The notes beneath the pieces were generated by a model. That model saw only the letters and a list, made by a program, of their open reading frames with translations, made no database searches and was not told the origin of the DNA. The position numbers and the translations under genes were made by a program. Of a stretch of 64,000 nt of DNA, positions 42,211 through 52,032 are shown piece by piece. The DNA lies in NCBI GenBank assembly GCA_902795355.1, contig CADBKZ010000003.1:37516-101515 (forward strand), read 5' to 3'. This DNA comes from an uncultured Ruminococcus sp. (GTDB taxonomy: Bacteria; Bacillota; Clostridia; Oscillospirales; CAG-272). The stretch's first letter is position 1. Each line of letters begins with the position of its first letter.

Positions 42211-43032
42211 ATGAAGTTATCACGTCTGTTGCTTATCGCCGTTTTGCCGCTTGCGGTCGTTTCGGCGGTTTTCATGATCCTCGCGTTTTCCGCATACGAT
42301 CCGGCTGTTTCCAATTATTTCCCGAACGGCTCCCCGCTCCCGATCCTATCGGTTGTGTCCGCCTTCCTCGCTTTTGCGGCGGGTGCGGTCTCGGCGGTCC
42401 TCTCCCGCAAAAAGTCGGAGCCGTTCGCCGTTCCGTCGGTCCCGTCCTTCGCGCTTCTCCCCGCCGCCATCGGAAATCTTGCCGGCGGAGTATTGCTTTT
42501 GACGACCGGAAAGACGCTTTCCGGCGTGCTGTTCCTGTTTGGGGTGGCGTTCTTCGCTTTGCTTGCCTGCCCTTTTGCCAAAGCCCGCGCGCCGTATATC
42601 ACATGGCTCGGCTTCGCCGCGATCGCCGCGCACATTTCGTTGGTTGCCACTTACTATTTTGACATGACCGTTGAAATGAACGCGCCGATAAAAGTGCTGC
42701 TGCAAATGGGGTTGCTTGCCGCCATGCTGGATTGCACGGTGGAGATCCGCCTGCTGATGGATCGGTCCCATGCCGTTATAACTCCGATAATAATCGCCTT
42801 TGCAATCGTTTTTTGCGGGCTATCTTCCATTTCGCTTTCCGTCGCGTTTCTCGGCGGAAAAATTCCGGAAAAGGACTATGCGGCGGCGCTTCCCGTGCTG
42901 CTCGGCTTTACCGCAACCGCCGTTTGCCGCCTTGCCTCGCTCCTGCAAACGCCAAAAGAAAACCTTCCCGCAATCCACAGCGCATCCGAACGCTCCGAAA
43001 ACGACCATCCGAATGGGGGAAAAGACGAATGA
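42211..43032 (+). CDS. Hypothetical multi-pass membrane protein
   Basis: About 8 hydrophobic segments; GAGG RBS; ATGA overlap with the next gene. Confidence 0.75.
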   Translation: MKLSRLLLIAVLPLAVVSAVFMILAFSAYDPAVSNYFPNGSPLPILSVVSAFLAFAAGAVSAVLSRKKSEPFAVPSVPSFALLPAAIGNLAGGVLLLTTGKTLSGVLFLFGVAFFALLACPFAKARAPYITWLGFAAIAAHISLVATYYFDMTVEMNAPIKVLLQMGLLAAMLDCTVEIRLLMDRSHAVITPIIIAFAIVFCGLSSISLSVAFLGGKIPEKDYAAALPVLLGFTATAVCRLASLLQTPKENLPAIHSASERSENDHPNGGKDE

Positions 43033-43574
43033 ACGCCAATACACGCATTCAATGGCTGCACAAAAAGCTGGTGAGCAAAAGCTACCCGAACTCGCATCGC
43101 ATCGCCGAACGGTTCCGCATTTCCCCGAGGCAGGCGCAGAGAGACCTTGATTTTTTGCGCAAGAACCTCGGCGCGCCCATCGCCTACGACACCGCGCGCC
43201 GTGGATTCTATTACACGGAGCCTTTTCAATTGCCCCTGCTTCTGACGTCCGACAACGACGACCTGTACATTCCCGAGGTTTCCGCGGTGCAGAACAACGA
43301 GGAGCTGGCGGCGGCCGAATCCATTATTCAAATGCAGATCCCCTACACCGCAACTCTGGAAATTGCCGACAAGCTCGCGGTTATGGAGATTACCCCCTAC
43401 ATTACGGAGCGGCATGGAAAAGGCCGTTTTACATGCGAATTTCACAGCATTGAAAAGTTTTTGGGTGCGTTGATCGCCATGGAAGCCGAATTTCGCATTA
43501 TCGAGCCGGAATGGCTTCGAGAGCGGCTGATCGGCTCTGCAGAACGCATTTTGAAAAGCCATAAAATAAATTAA
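43029..43574 (+). CDS. YafY-like HTH regulator (HTH plus WCX-like end, short)
   Basis: IAERFRISPRQAQRDLDFLR...PIAYD...GFYY; C-terminal IIEPEWLRERL. Confidence 0.75.
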   Translation: MNANTRIQWLHKKLVSKSYPNSHRIAERFRISPRQAQRDLDFLRKNLGAPIAYDTARRGFYYTEPFQLPLLLTSDNDDLYIPEVSAVQNNEELAAAESIIQMQIPYTATLEIADKLAVMEITPYITERHGKGRFTCEFHSIEKFLGALIAMEAEFRIIEPEWLRERLIGSAERILKSHKIN

Positions 43575-43797
43575 AACTTGGTTTTATTCTAAAATCCAAC
43601 CATTTTCCGCATTTTCCGACGCTCCGTTTCAACCGTTGGTAAACCGACAAAAAAACAGGAAAGTTTCCCCGCCGTTTTTTTGCGGGGACTTTCTTTTTTT
43701 GTCTCGCATGTTATGCCGCGAACGCAGGTTTGCTGGATTCCCCGCGCCGTTCCCGTTTCCGCTGCGAAAAAATAAAAATGTTTTTTTGAAAAAACGC

Positions 43798-43826
43798 TTG
43801 ACAAAGAGGGCGGATTGTGATATAAT
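43798..43826 (+). promoter_or_regulatory. rplJL sigma-A promoter
   Basis: TTGACA-17-TATAAT with extended TG. Confidence 0.9.
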
Positions 43827-43832
43827 ACCACT

Positions 43833-43950
43833 GTTATCCAAAGACAGCAGGTTTCGGTAAAAGCATGGCTTTCCTGCCGAGGAAACGATTTGAATCCTTT
43901 CTTTATATATTGAGAGGGAGGGTGTTCGGGTCTTTCTTTGCGGCGCCATG
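43833..43950 (+). promoter_or_regulatory. L10 leader (ribosomal protein autoregulatory RNA)
   Basis: AAGACAGCAGG...TAA...CCTGCCGAGG core upstream of rplJ. Confidence 0.8.
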
Positions 43951-44006
43951 TTTGCCGAAAGAAAGATCTTTTATTTTTCTCAACTTCACATTGGGAGGTG
44001 AAACAA

Positions 44007-44549
44007 ATGCCCAGCAATTCCATTCTTGCGCAAAAGCAGCAGATCGTTGCAGAGCTTGCGGAGCAGATCAAGAATTCCGCCGCGGGCGTCGTGGTCAACT
44101 ACCAAGGCATTACGGTGGATAAAGATACCGCGATGCGCAAGGCGCTCCGTCAGGCAGGTGTGAAATACGTGGTTATGAAGAACACCATGACCGGCAGAGC
44201 TTGCGACGAGGTCGGCTACGGCGAACTGAAACAGTATCTGACCGGCATGACCGCGATTGCGATCAGCGAAAGCGACCCTGTTGCGGCCGCCAAGGTGCTG
44301 AAAGAATACGCCGAGAAAGTGGAATCTTTCCAGATCCTTGCGGGCTATGTGGACGGCAACGTTATTGACGCCGCGTCCGTAAACGCTCTTGCAGAGATTC
44401 CCTCGAAAGAAACGCTTATTGCGAAACTCCTCGGCTCCATCCGTTCTCCCCTTTACAGCTTTGCATACGCTTTGCAGGCTGTTGTGGATAAGAACGGCGA
44501 AGCCGCTCCCGCGGAAGAAGCCCCTGCCGAGGCTCCCGCAGAAGCGTAA
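44007..44549 (+). CDS. rplJ: 50S ribosomal protein L10
   Basis: YQGITV...VMKNT...IPSKETL. Confidence 0.97.
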   Translation: MPSNSILAQKQQIVAELAEQIKNSAAGVVVNYQGITVDKDTAMRKALRQAGVKYVVMKNTMTGRACDEVGYGELKQYLTGMTAIAISESDPVAAAKVLKEYAEKVESFQILAGYVDGNVIDAASVNALAEIPSKETLIAKLLGSIRSPLYSFAYALQAVVDKNGEAAPAEEAPAEAPAEA

Positions 44550-44648
44550 ACCGCAAATCCGGCAAACGCGCGGGACGTTCTCCCGCCGGTTCCCGATCCC
44601 GTTTGATCGGTACATTGAAAATCAAAATTGATTTTGGAGGTAATTAAA

Positions 44649-45029
44649 ATGGCATCCGAAAAGATTACAAACATTCTCGAGGAGATCAAATCCCTCACCA
44701 TTCTGGAGCTCTCCGACCTTGTTAAGGCCGTTGAGGAAGAATTCGGCGTTTCCGCCGCCGCTCCCGTTGGCGTGGTTGCCGCCGCAGGCGCCGCTCCTGC
44801 CGCCGCTGCCGAAGAAAAGACCGAGTTCGACGTAATTCTCGCCAACTTCGGCGCAAACAAGCTGAACGTGATCAAAGCTGTTCGCGAGATCACCGGTCTT
44901 GGCCTGAAAGACGCGAAAGACCTTGTTGAGGCCGCTCCGAAGCCCGTGAAAGAGGGCGTTTCCAAGGACGAGGCCGAGAAGGTCAAAGCCGCTCTCACCG
45001 AGGCAGGCGCAACCGTCGAGATCAAATAA
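44649..45029 (+). CDS. rplL: 50S ribosomal protein L7/L12
   Basis: EEKTEFDV...[12 protein letters not shown]. Confidence 0.98.
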   Translation: MASEKITNILEEIKSLTILELSDLVKAVEEEFGVSAAAPVGVVAAAGAAPAAAAEEKTEFDVILANFGANKLNVIKAVREITGLGLKDAKDLVEAAPKPVKEGVSKDEAEKVKAALTEAGATVEIK

Positions 45030-45063
45030 TCTCGCCCCCATATTTCATCTGTCTGCGATAACG

Positions 45064-45099
45064 GAAAAACGGCCGCCGATGCTTCGGCGGCCGTTTTTC
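45064..45099. terminator. Bidirectional terminator
   Basis: GAAAAACGGCCGCCGA/TCGGCGGCCGTTTTTC. Confidence 0.9.
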
Positions 45100-45185
45100 T
45101 TGTTTCCATTTTTCGGAATAAATATTGTTCTTTTTCTTCTTTTTTCGACAATATCCACCTAAAAACAGATGAAAAGTCGGTGTTT

Positions 45186-46170
45186 TTAAAGATTCATCAG
45201 CAGTGTTTTCATTGCTCGCGCCATTGCGGTTGCGTAATGCTCCAGATCCAGAACGGAGAAAAGGTAGCGATCCGACGCGGGATCCGCCTGCCAAGTTACA
45301 TGGCCGTCGAGCGAGCATTCGATCCGCACGGGCGAAAAACCGAATACCGCGTTCGGGTCGCCCGCTTCTGTCAGGTTTCCGTTCCGATCCACGCTTTTTT
45401 CCGACGCCGGAAAGAATCCCCGCCGTTGACCACATATTGCGCGGCATTGCGCAAAAATGCTCCAACAGCGCGGGGTCAACCGGCCGGTCCAGAACATCGA
45501 GCCAATTGGAAGCGGTCTCCCGATTCAGCATGGAAAGAAAGAAATTTTGCATGGCGGGCGAAAGGTCCCGCAGGATCTCTCCCATTGTAAAGCTGTAAAA
45601 GGTCCCGTATTGCGAAACGATCCATTGCCCGCCGTGGCGTTCGTTGGCGCGCTCGAAGCACGGACACCAATATACCGGACACGGCGCAGAGAAAATATCA
45701 TGGTAGGAGCGGGGATCGAGGCAAACGTTCCATTCCAAAAAGCCGTTTTCAATGCCGGACCCCGCGTTGAGGTAAATTCCCGCGCATTTTTCGCGGAACA
45801 AATCGGGATCCTGCCGCAAAGCAACGGCAATATCGCGGCTGGAACCGACGATGTGAACGTTGACTTTTTCTCGGCTTGCGAGCAGCGTTTCCCGCAACAA
45901 AGCCGAGCCGCCGGACAACGCCTCGGGATGGGAATCGGGCGCGCCGATTCCAACGGGAACGCAACCGCCCGTCAGCAGGTTCAACTGCGCAACCGAGGAA
46001 AGGTCGGGGTTGCGGCCTTTCCCGCGCTGTGCCGCCGGCGGCATATCGATCATGATGCCAGCGAGTTTGTGTAACCCCATTTTCTGCAAAGCAAACTGAC
46101 AGGCGAGGTCAAAATGGTCGTCGGGGTCGTTATGCGGCCGAAAAAGATCGGTTTCATGAATGGTCAGCAC
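45186..46170 (-). pseudogene. Nucleoside hydrolase-like protein with an apparent single-base frameshift
   Basis: ETD...DPDDHFDL, GSSRDIA, EWNV motifs; the plausible C-terminus continues in the +1 frame from ~45395-45423 to the stop at 45186. Confidence 0.65.
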
Positions 46171-46185
46171 GGTGAATCTCCTCTT

Positions 46186-48135
46186 TCAAAAGCTGATTTC
46201 AATTGCTTCATGGATGGCGACGCGGTCAACGGTCAGCTTCAAAAGTCCGTTTTCATAGGTAAACGGCAGCTGCTCGTTTTTCGGGAGCAACCGCGCCGAA
46301 ACGGGCTTGCGGCCAAGGCGGTATTCCACCGCAATCGGCCCGACCGGCGGAATTTCATCAAACGTTTTGGTTTTTCCCTCGGCGCGCTTGGCGTTTTTCT
46401 CCGCGCGGTGTTCGCCCGCGGTGTTCAGCAAATGAAGATAGGTTTTTCCGTCCTTCTCCATCAGGGCGACGTCCACATAGCGGGTGCCGTGAACCGAGAG
46501 TTTCCGGTTTGCCCGCGCCAATGCTTCGCCAACAAACGAGCGCAGCTGCGCGGTGCGGTCTCCCTCGTATTCCTTGCCGATGTCGAACGGCGCGGCAACG
46601 ATCCTTCCTTTTCCGTAGGATACCTCGATCAGGCTCGGCACATCCGGCTCCGTCACCTTTTGCGGCGGCGGGTTGGCAACGCTCGGGTCACCCACGCTCC
46701 GAATCGGATTCATAACATTCAGAACGGTTGCGGACGTGGTCAGTTTGCAGAACGGCTGCATCATCAGCGCGCGCAGTCCGCCGCCACGGATTACGGCGAA
46801 ATCGTCGGTTTCCATTGCCGAAATTCCGAGTTCCTCGCGGAAAGCGGAAACCGTTTTCATGCCCGAAAGGAACAAAGTTCCCCCGTTTTGGGCATACGCA
46901 AGCAGCTGCGCGCGAACATCCGGCTCCAATTCCGCGCATTCGGAAAGCGCGAGCATGGAAAACGAATCGAGATCGTTCAGGCGGGACGGCATCAGCACTT
47001 CCACAGACGCCTGATTATCGAGCAAAGCGCAGGTCAGGCCGCGCAAACTCGTCAGATAGTCGCAATGCGGGCCGAAAACAGGCTCGCGCCCATGGTAATA
47101 CGACGCTTTGGAATACACCACGCCGACCTCGTGGATCGGGCTTGCCCGATGGCAGAACGACCGCCGCTCGCGGCAAAACTCCGCAACTTCGCGCAGCACG
47201 GGAACCACCCAATCGTTTTGGAGCGTTTTTTTCGCTTCCTGCATGTGGTAAACCTGAAAACCGCCGCCCAGCATGATAACGGCCGCCGCTTCCTGTTTGA
47301 GCTGTTCGGCGGGCTTGACATAATGCACGGGATAGCTGAACCCCCAAGCCATCAGATCCCACGGGCGGCCGAAGGAAGCCACCGCGCGGGCGTCAACGCG
47401 CGCGTGGTCCACCGCGTCGTTCGGGGAAAGATCGCCCGAAATAAAGTCGGTAATGGCAACATCTTCCGGCATTTGAAGCGTGTTGCACCAATTGGACGTA
47501 ATCTCAAAATTCGGCGCGACCTCTTTCACCGCCCGAATATACCGGCCGACGTAGCGCGCAAACTCTTCCCGCAGAAACTGCCGGAAAGCGGGAAAATCGG
47601 GGTCGTTCGGCTGGGGAATCTCTTTTCCGTAGGCTTTTTTCGCCCCCTCGGAATAATCGGGGTTCACGCACCAGCAATCGCCGTCGATCCACGCGCCGTC
47701 CAACCCGTAATCCGCGGCGATCTCGCGCAGCTGCGGAATCAGGAGTTTTTCCTCGTAGTCCCCGAAGAAGGACATAAACCGCGGGTCCGGCGCGCCGTTC
47801 TTTTGCACAATTGCCCATTCGGGGTGCTTTGCGGCCTGATAGCTGTCCCAAACGCCGCTGTAATGCGCGAAAAGCGGAATTTGATACTCTTTTGTAATCT
47901 TTCGCCAAGCCGCCAGAATATCGCTTGCAATCTCCGGCGCGGGTTGGCCGATTTTGGTGGGATAACTGCTGTACCCGGGGTGCCCCTTGCTATCCACCTG
48001 AATAAAATCGGGCTTCACTTCCCGACAAATTTCATGAACCAACGACGCGTCAAACGCTTCCCCGATGCCCGTGGTTCGCTCGTTGGCGTGCATATCGAAA
48101 TGCAGGCCGAAAAAACAATCCTTGCGCGATTTCAT
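46186..48135 (-). CDS. Putative glycoside hydrolase (alpha-L-fucosidase/GHL6-like barrel plus trimerisation-type domain)
   Basis: GLHFDMH, QVDSKGHPGYSSYPT, DGAWIDGDCW. Confidence 0.7.
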   Translation of the reverse strand: MKSRKDCFFGLHFDMHANERTTGIGEAFDASLVHEICREVKPDFIQVDSKGHPGYSSYPTKIGQPAPEIASDILAAWRKITKEYQIPLFAHYSGVWDSYQAAKHPEWAIVQKNGAPDPRFMSFFGDYEEKLLIPQLREIAADYGLDGAWIDGDCWCVNPDYSEGAKKAYGKEIPQPNDPDFPAFRQFLREEFARYVGRYIRAVKEVAPNFEITSNWCNTLQMPEDVAITDFISGDLSPNDAVDHARVDARAVASFGRPWDLMAWGFSYPVHYVKPAEQLKQEAAAVIMLGGGFQVYHMQEAKKTLQNDWVVPVLREVAEFCRERRSFCHRASPIHEVGVVYSKASYYHGREPVFGPHCDYLTSLRGLTCALLDNQASVEVLMPSRLNDLDSFSMLALSECAELEPDVRAQLLAYAQNGGTLFLSGMKTVSAFREELGISAMETDDFAVIRGGGLRALMMQPFCKLTTSATVLNVMNPIRSVGDPSVANPPPQKVTEPDVPSLIEVSYGKGRIVAAPFDIGKEYEGDRTAQLRSFVGEALARANRKLSVHGTRYVDVALMEKDGKTYLHLLNTAGEHRAEKNAKRAEGKTKTFDEIPPVGPIAVEYRLGRKPVSARLLPKNEQLPFTYENGLLKLTVDRVAIHEAIEISF

Positions 48136-48294
48136 ATCACTTTCCCCCATACGGAATCCCCTCCGGAAACCGACTCCCGACGGCTTTTGAATCGGACATT
48201 TCAATTATAAAAGAAATCTTGTTTTTTGTCAAGCGGAAAATGAAAAAAAGGAACTTTTTGCTAACCGAAATTCCTTTTTTGTGAAAAGGGGTCA

Positions 48295-48334
48295 AAAAAA
48301 ACGGTCGCCCCGCCGGATTTTCCGGCGGGGCGAC
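48295..48334 (-). terminator. Original ppdK terminator, displaced by the element
   Basis: GC-rich stem 48304-48317/48321-48334 with a T7 tract, 25 bp after the displaced ppdK stop. Confidence 0.8.
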
Positions 48335-48358
48335 TACTTTTTGCTTTTATCGGTTCAA

Positions 48359-48379
48359 TCAGCCTTTCAGGGCTGCCTG
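48359..48379 (-). other. Displaced native ppdK 3' end / attachment site
   Basis: CAG GCA GCC CTG AAA GGC TGA (QAALKG*) shares the CAGGC core with ppdK at 55780-55784. Confidence 0.8.
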
Positions 48380-49492
48380 TGAAGTACTCCCCGTTGAAAT
48401 GCGTTTTTACCAACTTCTTCAACTTCCGTGAAGTACTGATTATGAAAAAAAGTAGGTAACACCTCATTATCCTGAATGCTTTTTACATCCAACGATAATG
48501 TATTTTTCCTTCCGACTATCGAACAAAAAGTTTGGTGATAATTCTCGTCGTCAAGTGTAAGATACCAACTGAAGCGCCTTCCGTCTTCCTCGGCAACGAT
48601 TGCCGCGACAAGCTCTTCGATAATCTCTTTTGGAACTTTTCCTTCTTTAAACGTGGTCAGCTGATTCAGCCTTGACTCTATTCTATTTAGATCGATAATT
48701 GTTCTTGTTTCAATTTTATCATTATCTGCGACAGAAGTTAAGTCTTTTTGAATTGAAGCTATCTCTTTCTCACATTTCTCTTTTAAAACCAAATATTCGT
48801 CTTTCCCTATCTCTCCATCTGCTCTCATACAGATAAGATTATTCAGTCTGCCCTTTGCTCTTTCAAGTTTTCCTTCTAACCCTGCAATCTCTTCTTTGGA
48901 AACAGCAGTGTCTGAAACATAATTCCTGTTAACCATATCGTATGCTTGTAAAACGGCATCTTTCTTGTCAGTCCATATCCTACTAAAAATCGATGAAGCC
49001 ATAACATCAAACTTCCAATCGCAAACCATGTGACCATCACAGTATCCTTCCGGATCAAGACCGTTTTCTATACGCTTCGTTCGTGTGCCGTTATTGACCG
49101 CATTATAGCATCTATATCCATAAGACCAAGTTCCATCTTTCCGTTGATGCCATCTGTTCTTACGGAATTTTGAGCCGCAGACACATCTTAATTTGTGCAA
49201 AAAAGGATCGTCAGTTTGTTTTTTACCAATATTACGTGTTCTGCCATTCAGGTTTGTATATTTCAGCGATTTACTTCTTCTGAGTTCGTTACAATAATTC
49301 CAAAGCTCCTCAGACACGATTGGCTCAAAATCTCCTTTGATATAGAGATATGAGTTCTCATCGAGGTTTTTGATCCTCTTTTGATCAAGGTAATTATTGC
49401 AGAATGATTTCAAATAGCATTTATATCCTTTATAAGTTGCATTTCTTAAAATCCGACTGACTTTAGAGCAAGACCAATTCACATTTCCTATC
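48367..49492 (-). pseudogene. Large serine recombinase, 5'-truncated (catalytic domain missing)
   Basis: WSCSKVSRILRNATYKG, EPIVSEELW, zinc ribbon CVCG...YRC...C and coiled coil; no N-terminal resolvase domain or RBS. Confidence 0.85.
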
Positions 49493-50068
49493 CCGCTTGA
49501 TCGCCTGAATGCTTTCGTTCTCCAAGCTGTCTTTGACCGCGTTCAATTTTTCAAACAGGTCGCCCGAAAACTTGTCGAGCGTTACGGGACGGTCGATTTT
49601 CACAATCTCCGCGGACTGCGTTCCGTCCAAGAGCTTCAAAGCGTTTGCGAGGTATTCGATGTCGATGTTCTGTTGTATCACGTCCTCGATGCCGAAATTC
49701 TTTTGCCCGATCTTGATCACTCTTCCGTGGAAGCCGTTGTTGTAGTCGATCAGACCGTTATCCTTGACGTCTTTCAGCCCGAAAAGGCTTTCGACTCGTT
49801 CTTTTTCTTTGCTTGCCGTTTTTGTGTATTGCTTTTTAGCGAAAATAAATCGCACGTTTTCAAACAGGATCGAATATAAAATCCCGTCCTGCGTGGGCAT
49901 GAACATCACGACTGCGGCAAGCCCCATTATGACTGCTATCGCCCACTTCCCTGCGGTAATGCTGACAAAGATAATTGCAAACACGATCAGCGCGACGATG
50001 ATGTCCTTCATCGAATAGCATTTCCACACGGTGTTTTTGACTTTGATTTTTTTCGGAATGATCCTCAT
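49463..50068 (-). pseudogene. N-terminal fragment of a PrgI/VirB4-type conjugation ATPase
   Basis: MRIIPKK, two TM helices, IVKIDRP; cut at ~49490 before any Walker motif; follows a VirB6-like gene. Confidence 0.6.
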
Positions 50069-50092
50069 TTTATTCCTCTTTTTTAAAAATAT

Positions 50093-50133
50093 TGTACGAA
50101 ACCGTTGACAAATTCGTACATAAATGATATAAT
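50093..50133 (+). promoter_or_regulatory. TA operon promoter with operator inverted repeat
   Basis: TTGACA (50105) -17- TATAAT (50128); TGTACGAA/TTCGTACA flank the -35. Confidence 0.8.
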
Positions 50134-50168
50134 AATAGTGCATAATAAGGCAAAGGAGGTGCCATGCC

Positions 50169-50384
50169 ATGTCCATTACTGCAACTGAGCTGAAAGAAAA
50201 TTTGAGTAAATACCTTCTTCTTTCAGTTACACAGGACATTTTCATCACAAAAAACGGAAAGGTGATTTCCAAGCTCACTAACCCTTTTCAGAACAGAGTC
50301 GATATTGCAAAATCCTTATTTGGCTCAGTTCCGGATACCGTCTCTTTAGAAGAAACGAAACGTGAGAGGATTGAAAATCTATGA
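50169..50384 (+). CDS. Phd/YefM-family antitoxin
   Basis: ITATELKENLSKYL...IFITKNGK. Confidence 0.9.
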   Translation: MSITATELKENLSKYLLLSVTQDIFITKNGKVISKLTNPFQNRVDIAKSLFGSVPDTVSLEETKRERIENL

Positions 50385-50803
50385 GAGCTTTGATTGACAC
50401 CTGCGTAATCATTGACGCGCTTCAGGACAGAAAGCCATTCTCTGATGACAGCAAGCAGATTTTCCTTCATGCAGCAAACAACATTTTTGGCGGCTTTATC
50501 ACAGCAAAATCCGTAACCGACATTTATTATCTAATCCACAAAACAACTCATGACAATGTAAAAACGAGAGAAATTATCAATAAGTTGTTTTCCTTGTTTG
50601 ACATTCTGGATACCACAGGAATGGATTGTAAAAAAGCAATCCTTTCGGATACTCCTGATTATGAAGACGCGGTGATGATTGAATCTGCTTTGCGCGATGA
50701 ACTTGACTGTATCGTCACCAGAAATGAACGTGATTATGGAAAATCCCCTGTAAAAATCTATTCCCCGAAGCAATTTATTGAACTGCTTTCCCAAGATCTG
50801 TGA
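50381..50803 (+). CDS. PIN-domain (VapC-like) toxin
   Basis: LIDTCVIID...DYEDAV...IVTRNERDY; ATGA-coupled to the antitoxin. Confidence 0.9.
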   Translation: MRALIDTCVIIDALQDRKPFSDDSKQIFLHAANNIFGGFITAKSVTDIYYLIHKTTHDNVKTREIINKLFSLFDILDTTGMDCKKAILSDTPDYEDAVMIESALRDELDCIVTRNERDYGKSPVKIYSPKQFIELLSQDL

Positions 50804-50834
50804 TCTTTGCCCCTCGATTTCGAGGGGCTTTCTT

Positions 50835-52016
50835 TTATACAGTCAGACCTTCTTTATCCGTGCTTTCGCTTTTCTCCTCAACGTATTTTTCATTACTGTC
50901 ATTTTTGCTCCCGCCATCGCCCTTTCCTTTATGATGATGTGCCGCGTGAGACGCGCCACGGATCAGTTTGGTCGCCGCACCGATTGTCATCGCGCTGGCA
51001 ATTCTTCCGCCGTAGAACGCGCTCCGTAAAAAGCCTCCGCCTGCGTGCATATCGTCTGCCTGACCGAACAGTCTCGCAAACAGATGTTGCCCCGCCGGGA
51101 TCATCATTGCGCCGCCGATAATCATAAAGATTAAAAACAGCCCATTCCCGAACCCGGATATACCGTCAATCTTCATCTTCGTTATGATCGGCAGCAAAAG
51201 AATAAAGACGTTGACTGAGAACACTGCGCCGTAAGCAAGCACGATCTTCGTGATGAACGATTCTCTCCATACCTTAAACCGTGCGCCGTCGTCAAGCGGC
51301 AACGTTGACATTGAAACGGGCATGACGATATACAAGAAAATGATCTCGTACACGCGCTTTGCCAGATTCAAGACCGCCACAAGAAGCGAAATCATCACGC
51401 CGACAGACGCAACAAGCGACGGAACGTATAAAAATTTGTCGGGGTTAATCATGCCGGTATTCTGCCAATCAACAGGCCAGATACCGAACGCCGCCGTGCT
51501 GTAATCGCCCATAATTTCTCTGACGGTCAAGGTTGATACGTCCGCTTCCGCGATGGAATAGCCGTTGATCCAACCGTCGCCAACGCAAGCATTGAAAAGC
51601 GCGTTCGAGAGTTTCGTTGTGTTTTCGATCTGGAAGATCCTCGACACCAGAACGAGAACCGAGTTGGAAATCAGAATTCCCAAGACGACCACCGCGAGCA
51701 TTGCCATCGTACCGAGAAGCGCCAAAAAGAACTTCCCGACGATCGTGGAAAGATTGCGGTTGTTCGCGATCATATTCTTGATGATCGCCGCTATCGTGAA
51801 AATAGCCGTCAGCCCTACCGCCAAGATAAACACGCACCAGAAGATAGTCCCGACCGACGTTTGCGCCGCCAAGTGTTCGATGATGTTGACTTTCTGACCG
51901 TGGTACGTCACGTCCGTTACGCCTGCGACTGCCGAGAAGATCTCCATCAAGCCGTCACACAATCGCAAGAGCCATAGAAACAGCTGCAATACGATTTCCT
52001 GTAAAAAAATAATCAT
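50835..52016 (-). CDS. ICE transmembrane protein (VirB6-like)
   Basis: Multi-TM, KRVYEIIFLY...PLDDGARFKVWRE; lies between pilin-like and VirB4-like genes. Confidence 0.7.
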   Translation of the reverse strand: MIIFLQEIVLQLFLWLLRLCDGLMEIFSAVAGVTDVTYHGQKVNIIEHLAAQTSVGTIFWCVFILAVGLTAIFTIAAIIKNMIANNRNLSTIVGKFFLALLGTMAMLAVVVLGILISNSVLVLVSRIFQIENTTKLSNALFNACVGDGWINGYSIAEADVSTLTVREIMGDYSTAAFGIWPVDWQNTGMINPDKFLYVPSLVASVGVMISLLVAVLNLAKRVYEIIFLYIVMPVSMSTLPLDDGARFKVWRESFITKIVLAYGAVFSVNVFILLLPIITKMKIDGISGFGNGLFLIFMIIGGAMMIPAGQHLFARLFGQADDMHAGGGFLRSAFYGGRIASAMTIGAATKLIRGASHAAHHHKGKGDGGSKNDSNEKYVEEKSESTDKEGLTV

Positions 52017-52032
52017 TTTCCTGTTCTCTCCT

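Noticed and set aside
45393-45401. A-AAA-AAG heptamer as a programmed -1 frameshift
   Set aside because: The -1 frame stops within a few codons; restoring the gene needs a +1 shift.
46114-48210. 698-aa plus-strand ORF
   Set aside because: Antisense shadow of the glycoside hydrolase gene.
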